A stretch of DNA of 11,936 nt from Nitrososphaerota archaeon (GTDB lineage Archaea; Thermoproteota; Nitrososphaeria; Nitrososphaerales; UBA57), in contig JACAFS010000031.1 in assembly GCA_013378385.1 (NCBI GenBank), positions 1 through 11,936 of the forward strand, read 5' to 3'. Made by a program: the position numbers and the translations under genes. Shown here in pieces: positions 7,501 through 11,936 of this stretch (its first letter is position 1; every line of letters begins with the position of its first letter). The notes below the pieces were generated by a model. The model was not told where the DNA came from. It searched no databases and saw nothing but the letters and a program-made list of their open reading frames with translations.

Positions 7501-8160
7501 TTCAAGATTCTGTAAACGTAATTGATCATTTCGTTCTCCTTCCAATGAGTCTATTTTTTTCTTTACTTCTCCTATTTTTGCCATAGCAATTTCTAGTTTT
7601 CTATCAGCTATATCGAGTTGTTTAAGAGCGTCCTCTTTTTTTTCGTCAAATTGTGCCACTCCGACTATTTCTTCAATCAGACCTCTCTTTTCATCAGAAT
7701 CAAGATCTGCCAAATGAGTTACCATTCCTTGAGGGACAAAATTCAAACCGTCCGAACTAATTAGTGCAAGACGTAGTAAGTCAGACAAGGTGCTTTTTTG
7801 AACTTTTTTTCCATTAAGCAGGTATACACTATCGCCACCTGAACGGATTTCTCTAGTCAGAGTAACTCGATCGTTATCAATAGAGATTTCTCGGCTTGTA
7901 TTATCAAGCGTAATTGTTACTCTGGCAGAAGTTGAAGGATTACCGCCGGCCCCATCAAAAATTAGTCCACTTAGCTTTGGAACACGCATCATACGGGGTC
8001 TATTTTCACCAATAGCGAAGAGAATTGCATCGATGATATTACTTTTTCCAGAACCGTTTGGGCCAGTTATTCCAATAAAACGACCTTCAAAATTTACACT
8101 AACAGGTCTAGAGCCAAATGACTTGAAACCTCGTGTTTCAACTTTTTTAATATATACCAT
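4552..8160 (-). CDS. smc: Chromosome segregation ATPase SMC (condensin core subunit)
   Basis: 1202 aa with an ATG start. Walker A is GITGPNGSGKSNIIDAI. There are long Asn/Ser/Lys/Glu-rich coiled-coil arms. The central hinge reads VPGYLGGTNDLF...ALHAATKRWSNAVIVED...KKHKLGRVALIPL. The signature motif is SGGEKTVAALCLILAIQ and Walker B is PAPFYVFDEIDAHLD. The C-terminal head carries an extra segment with CNHDNC (see findings). Confidence 0.97.
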   Translation of the reverse strand: MVYIKKVETRGFKSFGSRPVSVNFEGRFIGITGPNGSGKSNIIDAILFAIGENRPRMMRVPKLSGLIFDGAGGNPSTSARVTITLDNTSREISIDNDRVTLTREIRSGGDSVYLLNGKKVQKSTLSDLLRLALISSDGLNFVPQGMVTHLADLDSDEKRGLIEEIVGVAQFDEKKEDALKQLDIADRKLEIAMAKIGEVKKKIDSLEGERNDQLRLQNLEHERNNLKSAIINQKLEDTKTSINNNDQFLVQLSSEKEKLSEELIIINEKLQELENEKQSTLSQAIGGAPKELLTVQINLSNKKEELVKFQNKIKEYEQDTKKINDSLPYLVDMLSENNKNSIASETTINNLSKTLDNDEKDLHLLNNNMKKCDLQRNSLRQSIMEEEKLISNINQQLRNSYDEKNKLNNLLSLSIAKETVLKEKISNNEKKHNETETVVDLISKSISKLESLKSGQEESLSYLSNSNSKLANRREKIESELTKAVDILTKANQQVLKHESKVEAAKEITSKQNVQSNIQSIVKENSVPGYLGGTNDLFSYSDKYKTALHAATKRWSNAVIVEDMTSLFQIVTQIKKHKLGRVALIPLSDVATFEKVNPPKNKDILGSLADFVKVDDKYVGIRNFIFGDTLLVSSAKTGYLLSQKGYRTVSISGDLFEPGGSVFETGSISPIANLFFDSKSLTQIKSSVNTLRESIQKRKTTITTLNSQVKEMESTQYNRNLGLTKLTSEITHLKSIKIRYTKVISKTKEHYDVLQKQLTSLSSIITDQEKSLITINNLINDQKNKIDSQSSLTSQKNKLNSLDDEKTNLSTAIDTLSETIRNNQSTITKERGNLEHNLKNQKSQLNGEISTLKQELETKTGFLTTSENNLSELQTNVESLSINEKSLSDESRKMKPIIDALDKEIKSYNKTKESIQKHVMENTSKYNSTDHHNSRLSDSIQSYKNNLNDLDSNQLIEYFSGADNLLIDLDKEYNSLRTRVNLLADEQYRAMYFGYKGFSERRNQLQKERIAIVAFIDNIDSEKRDAFLDAFQKIDKEFRNIFAQLTTRDSGYCNHDNCPPGRILHGDAWLELDNPDEIFNAGVTLFAKFPNKVERDIIICSGGEKTVAALCLILAIQAVKPAPFYVFDEIDAHLDAVNSSKLAEILQSRTSKSQVIMISLKDTILSRVDTMYGVYHERSITKILKFRPTEKDIEYSKGISVK

Positions 8161-8210
8161 TTATATCAATCAGATTAACACTGCAATTGTGTCAATGTCT
8201 TTAACAAATA

Positions 8211-8245
8211 TTTCATATATAAATCCGGACAATAAAATTATATTC
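8211..8245 (-). promoter_or_regulatory. Candidate smc promoter zone with two TATA-like boxes (- strand TTTATATAT at 8215-8223 and AATATAATTTTA at 8233-8244)
   Basis: These are the only strong A/T boxes in the 149-nt gap upstream of smc. They are centred about 59 nt and about 79 nt from the ATG at 8160. No TATA-like element lies at the leaderless spacing of about 27 nt. This is a pattern-only call. Confidence 0.25.
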
Positions 8246-8309
8246 ACAGAATAAGAAATAAATGGAATTATTTTCTATGATTATGAATTATCGGTAATTA
8301 AAAGATGAT

Positions 8310-9473
8310 TTATAGTGTATTTTTCAGGATTATTTGAAGATCTTTAAGAAACATATCAATATGTTTACGGCGTATATGAGGCATTATTACAAGTCTAATA
8401 TGTGTAGGAAATACAGAAATAGACCAGCCATATTGTCTAAGCATATTAATAATTAAACGATGATTAGAATTTATTTTGAAGCCAATGATGTTAAGAGTAG
8501 GTTTCTGAATAACTGAGACATTATGAATTTTTGATAATTCTTCATAGAGGTAAATAGTATTCTCCATACATTGATTGACGATTTTACGGTATCCGGTTTT
8601 CCCATTAAAGTTAAGAATAGTCCATAAAGTAATGATTGATGCACCAGGACTAGTTCCTAACAAGGTAGGTCTAGGTTCAGAACCGCCAGATAAATATCCG
8701 ACATTAATTTTAATATTGTTAATTAAGTTTTTTTTACGAAACAGAATACAACTGGAAGGGATGGGCGATACGCCCATTTTATGTGAATCTAAACTAACTG
8801 AACTGACGCCAGGAAATTTAAAATCTGATAAAGGTAAATGAAATTTACTTCCTTTGAGAAATGGTATAATAAAACCACCAAAAGAGGCATCAATATGAAG
8901 TAATAATGAGTTTTTACGAGCAATGTCAGATAATTCTTTAATTGGATCAATTAAACCTAATGGAGTAGTGCCAGCAACGCCCACAAGCATAATGGTATTA
9001 CGATTAATTCTTTTTTGAATCAGATTTGAATCAACTATTCCATCAATACAAGGTATTTTTATCAATTTAATACCCAAAATATCAGCAGCTTTATCGAAGG
9101 AATGATGAGAATGCATTGGAACTATGACTTCTGGACTATTTTTTTTACAATAATTTCTTGCAGACCACATTGCAATAATATTCGCTTCAGTACCGCCAGA
9201 AACAACAAATCCACTACATTTAGGGTAAAAAAGAAAATCTCCTAGTTGATGAATAATTTGTTTTTCGAGTAATAATGTTCCTTTGAATAAACCAGGATCA
9301 CCAATATTTTTTTCAAGAAATTTAGAATATATTGATTGAGAGTAGGAATCAGGTTTAGTGCACATTGAACCAATGATTTTTCCTGAATCAAAAGTTTCAT
9401 CCGTAGATAGTAAAGAATTTAATTTTTTAGATATTTCATTTTTAGTTAGACCGTATTCGTTCATAATTATCAC
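8310..9473 (-). CDS. Group II PLP-dependent decarboxylase (MfnA / glutamate-decarboxylase-like). Context suggests L-aspartate decarboxylase making beta-alanine
   Basis: 387 aa. The PLP-lysine motif is SLDSHKMG (family pattern S.D.HK.G). Also present are GGTEANIIAMW and the fold-type I pattern HIDASFGG. The track start at 9473 is GTG. An ATG three codons downstream (9464, MNEYGL...) is at least as likely. The gene follows panB by 5-14 nt. Confidence 0.82.
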   Translation of the reverse strand: MIIMNEYGLTKNEISKKLNSLLSTDETFDSGKIIGSMCTKPDSYSQSIYSKFLEKNIGDPGLFKGTLLLEKQIIHQLGDFLFYPKCSGFVVSGGTEANIIAMWSARNYCKKNSPEVIVPMHSHHSFDKAADILGIKLIKIPCIDGIVDSNLIQKRINRNTIMLVGVAGTTPLGLIDPIKELSDIARKNSLLLHIDASFGGFIIPFLKGSKFHLPLSDFKFPGVSSVSLDSHKMGVSPIPSSCILFRKKNLINNIKINVGYLSGGSEPRPTLLGTSPGASIITLWTILNFNGKTGYRKIVNQCMENTIYLYEELSKIHNVSVIQKPTLNIIGFKINSNHRLIINMLRQYGWSISVFPTHIRLVIMPHIRRKHIDMFLKDLQIILKNTL

Positions 9474-9478
9474 ACGGA

Positions 9479-10342
9479 TTATAATTTATTTTTTTTAATT
9501 AGGCCGAAATATTTTTGTAATTTTTTTAGTTCAGAAGGTTCGAGAGACCAAGAGTGAGCGCTGGTTGGAAAATTATTAGAAGAAATATCATCTTTATAAT
9601 TGGTTAGGGCTTTTTGGGATTGCTTTTTCAAATCAGCGTATTGTTTAACAAATTTAGGATGAAGTGAATCATTTAGATTTAATAAATCGTGTAACACAAG
9701 AATTTGACCATCGCAATATCGACCAGAACCAATTCCTATTGTAGGAATGCGTATTGATTCTGAGATTATTTTTGATACTTCTTCAGTGATCATTTCGAGT
9801 ACGATACAAAATGCGCCTGCTTGTTCTAGTTCGTGTGCATCTTCAATAAGTTGTTTTGCAGATAGATAATTAGTTCCATGAACTCTATATCCGTCCCATG
9901 ATTTTGCCATTTGTGGTTGTAGGCCAATATGGCCCATAACAGGGATGCCAGCTTTTGTAATTGCACTAATAGTTTTTGCGACGGTTCTGTTGCCTTCGAT
10001 TTTTACAGCCTGCATTCCACCTTCTTTAATAAAACGCCCAGCGTTACGAATAGCATCTTCGATTGATGTATGGTAAGACATGAAAGGCATATCTCCTACA
10101 AGTAATGATTTTTTAGAACCCCGAGACACGGCTTTAGACATTAGAAGCATTTCTTCCATAGTTGCAGGAGAAGTAGTTTCATAACCAAACATGACCATTG
10201 CACCTGAGTCTCCAACTAGAATAACATCTATTTCAGCATCATCGGCAATTTTAGCAAATGAATAATCATAAGCAGTAATTGCAGAGATTTTTTGAGATTT
10301 TGCCTTCATATTTGACAATTTCTGAACGTTCAACAGTAACAC
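9479..10342 (-). CDS. panB: 3-methyl-2-oxobutanoate hydroxymethyltransferase (ketopantoate hydroxymethyltransferase, PanB)
   Basis: KISAITAYDYSFAKIADDAEIDVILVGDSGAMVMFGYETT, followed by GDMPFMSY, VKIEG, GHIGLQPQ and RIPTIGIGSG, are classic PanB motifs. The track start at 10342 is GTG. An in-frame ATG at 10309 (MKAKSQKISAITAYD) is a plausible alternative start. Confidence 0.93.
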   Translation of the reverse strand: MLLLNVQKLSNMKAKSQKISAITAYDYSFAKIADDAEIDVILVGDSGAMVMFGYETTSPATMEEMLLMSKAVSRGSKKSLLVGDMPFMSYHTSIEDAIRNAGRFIKEGGMQAVKIEGNRTVAKTISAITKAGIPVMGHIGLQPQMAKSWDGYRVHGTNYLSAKQLIEDAHELEQAGAFCIVLEMITEEVSKIISESIRIPTIGIGSGRYCDGQILVLHDLLNLNDSLHPKFVKQYADLKKQSQKALTNYKDDISSNNFPTSAHSWSLEPSELKKLQKYFGLIKKNKL

Positions 10343-10355
10343 CTGTAATTAACTA

Positions 10356-11117
10356 CTAAGTAGACAAATCTATTAATCTTTTAGACATGTATTTGAGTAT
10401 TAAATTTAATTGTTTTTTGTTATTGAATTTTTTGGTAATTTTTTGAAGATCTGATTCAGAGAGATTAGACATATTCTTCGATTGTTTAATCATTTCAGGT
10501 AAAACTCGAACTAGATTATCTACAATAGTAATATCAGACATGACAGATGTACGTGAGAGTGGGTTTAAATCAACAGTAATAACAATTTTATTCATTTTTT
10601 TCAGAAATTCTGTTCTATCTCCATCTTCTAGGGGGACAAAAATTACGTCGGACAAGAATATACCACGTTTGTCAATGAATTTTCTATTACTCTTCAAACC
10701 AGGAATTTTAGTAAGATATTTGGTATTGAGTCCATAAACATCTTTAGCGCCATGTTTTTTTAACAATTGAGAGATTTTATTAGCTCTTGTTTTACTTTTA
10801 TGAAATAGATTAATTTCAATTTTAGAATTTGTAAGGTTAGCTAGTTTAACTATATTTTTAGCACATAACGCAGCAGAATTTCCATTTACAGAGATTACAG
10901 AATTAGAGAGTAGCAATTGTGCAGTTGCAGCTTGTATTGTTTTAAGAGAAATTTTAGTAGTAGTTTCGCCAAGAATATAATCAAATGCTTCTCCTCGCCC
11001 ATGGGCAATTAAACCAAATTGCGAAATAATCCTATTGTCGAAAGAATCAGACAGATTAGCTCTTATTTTAAGAGAATTAGCTCTTGGATGATCCTTAGGA
11101 ATATTATGACGAGTCAA
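10356..11117 (-). CDS. Archaeal phosphopantothenate synthetase (4-phosphopantoate--beta-alanine ligase)
   Basis: 253 aa. It carries HPRANSL, GLIAHGRGEAFDYILGE, VISVNGNSAAL, KIEINLFH, VPLEDGDRTE, ITVDLNPLSR and ITIVDN. As I recall them, these match the conserved blocks of the Thermococcus kodakarensis-type enzyme. The start is TTG at 11117, overlapping the upstream gene by 14 nt. Confidence 0.85.
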   Translation of the reverse strand: MTRHNIPKDHPRANSLKIRANLSDSFDNRIISQFGLIAHGRGEAFDYILGETTTKISLKTIQAATAQLLLSNSVISVNGNSAALCAKNIVKLANLTNSKIEINLFHKSKTRANKISQLLKKHGAKDVYGLNTKYLTKIPGLKSNRKFIDKRGIFLSDVIFVPLEDGDRTEFLKKMNKIVITVDLNPLSRTSVMSDITIVDNLVRVLPEMIKQSKNMSNLSESDLQKITKKFNNKKQLNLILKYMSKRLIDLST

Positions 11118-11936
11118 TTATTTTAGCACCAGAGTGATTTATTGAAGAAAATAATAAACAACCAGAAATATTATTTTTTAAGAATAGACGATAAAATTCA
11201 TTTATTTCATTATTTTTGAGAATTGAGAAGATAGTATTACCAAATAGATTCATACTACAAATCATGTCAAACCGATCTGCAAGTTTCATAAATTCAAATA
11301 ATTCAGATGGGAAGAAATTAATTTGTAAAGAGAATTTTCTAGATAGTTTTAGAAATTCGTCAGAGCTAGGATTATTTATCAATTGTTTTAATGATTGACG
11401 TCCGAATATATTAATTAATTTAATTAATTTGGAATTATTTAGAATATTGGAAGTAGGCAAATGACCAAGCGTGAAAGATGCAATAGTATTTTTATTGGTA
11501 ATTGAAATTGGACTAACTTTTCCAATACCAGGTGCTCCGGGATGAGATCGAATTTGTGCACCGCCATAATAGGTGCCTAAAACAGTTCCTAAACCAGTTT
11601 TACATTTAATTTCAGCAACATGTGCTTTTTGTGCAGCTTCAATTTTTGTAAAACCAAGATTAAGAGATTCATTGAGCGCATAAGAAAGGCTAAGAGCTGA
11701 TGAACCGCTTGAGCCATAACCACACTGAATTGGTACGTTAAGAAAATGATTTATTATAAGTTCCTGTCGACAATCAGATTTGTTTATCATTTGATTTACA
11801 ACAGAACGAGAGACTAATGCATTTGGATAAAAAATTCCGTTAATAAATATTTTTAATCTGAATTTTGTAGAAGGTATGACATCAACAGTGGTTGTAACGC
11901 CTTTTTCGAGGCAAATACCTGCTCCTGTTGAACCAG
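11104..11936 (-). CDS. Pantoate kinase (GHMP-kinase family), 5'-truncated by the window edge
   Basis: The GHMP motif is PIQCGYGSSGSSALSLSYAL. My manual translation shows the - strand frame stays open upstream of the track's ATG at 11790, all the way to base 11936 (...GSTGAGICLEKGVTTTVDVIPSTKFRLKIFINGIFYPNALVSRSVVNQ-MINKSD...). The Met at 11790 is therefore internal and the gene continues beyond the window. The function is assigned from the GHMP motif plus its position directly upstream of phosphopantothenate synthetase and panB. Confidence 0.75.
   Translation of the reverse strand, partial: GSTGAGICLEKGVTTTVDVIPSTKFRLKIFINGIFYPNALVSRSVVNQMINKSDCRQELIINHFLNVPIQCGYGSSGSSALSLSYALNESLNLGFTKIEAAQKAHVAEIKCKTGLGTVLGTYYGGAQIRSHPGAPGIGKVSPISITNKNTIASFTLGHLPTSNILNNSKLIKLINIFGRQSLKQLINNPSSDEFLKLSRKFSLQINFFPSELFEFMKLADRFDMICSMNLFGNTIFSILKNNEINEFYRLFLKNNISGCLLFSSINHSGAKIIDSS

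Noticed and set aside
3309-8160. The SMC plus two small partners as a defence-type SMC system (Wadjet/JetABCD, MksBEF, Lamassu or Rad50-like)
   Set aside because: The large protein has a full canonical SMC hinge and head motifs. The partners carry ScpA and ScpB signatures. There is no JetD/Toprim or other nuclease gene. The locus is flanked by housekeeping genes.
4552-8160. Apparent internal repetitiveness of the smc coiled-coil region as DNA repeats
   Set aside because: The similarity reflects biased Asn/Ser/Lys/Glu/Leu heptad composition in AT-rich codons. I could not find any discrete repeated units with a fixed period.
8175-8216. A 13-codon upstream ORF (MKYLLKTLTQLQC) on the - strand ahead of smc
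   Set aside because: It is too short to evaluate. Its ATG lies inside the best TATA-like box, so it would probably sit upstream of the transcription start. There is no independent support.
8033-8254. The + strand ORF spanning the smc 5' end and the intergenic region
   Set aside because: Most of it is antisense to the smc Walker A region. The remainder runs through the AT-rich promoter zone. There is no motif or start context supporting it.
8310-9473. Calling the decarboxylase MfnA (tyrosine decarboxylase for methanofuran biosynthesis)
   Set aside because: The family assignment is sound. However, the gene sits at the end of a pantothenate/CoA cluster in an organism that does not look like a methanogen, so beta-alanine synthesis is the more parsimonious role. 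I left the gene symbol empty.
8575-11398. Antisense ORFs at 8575-8841, 10540-10737 and 11216-11398 (+) within the CoA cluster genes
   Set aside because: They are shadow ORFs opposite CDSs with clear family motifs and have no recognisable domains.

Overview
This is an AT-rich archaeal chromosomal segment. Its gene content fits a Nitrosopumilus-like thaumarchaeon (Nitrososphaerota). That placement is an inference from four things: archaea-only genes (S8e, SRP19, pantoate kinase, phosphopantothenate synthetase), a TFE-beta/RPC34-type factor, a canonical SMC-ScpA-ScpB operon, and low G+C by eye. The window is almost fully coding. On the + strand there is a 5'-truncated winged-helix/4-Cys protein carrying an in-frame 72-bp tandem repeat, followed by rlmE. 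On the - strand there is an unbroken co-directional run: pantoate kinase (truncated at the window edge), phosphopantothenate synthetase, panB, a group II PLP decarboxylase, smc, scpA, scpB, rps8e, a 47-codon membrane ORF absent from the ORF track, srp19 and trm1. I found no rRNA or tRNA genes, CRISPR arrays, transposases, integrases or recognisable defence genes. I do not see a convincing new multi-gene system; this reads as core housekeeping DNA. The observations most worth follow-up are: (1) the nucleotide-perfect lysine-rich, AT-hook-like repeat array fused to the TFE-beta-like factor; (2) the small membrane ORF with its own TATA-like element; (3) a Cys/His-containing insertion in the SMC C-terminal head; (4) the 30-nt convergent overlap of rlmE and trm1; and (5) the decarboxylase embedded in the archaeal CoA gene cluster.
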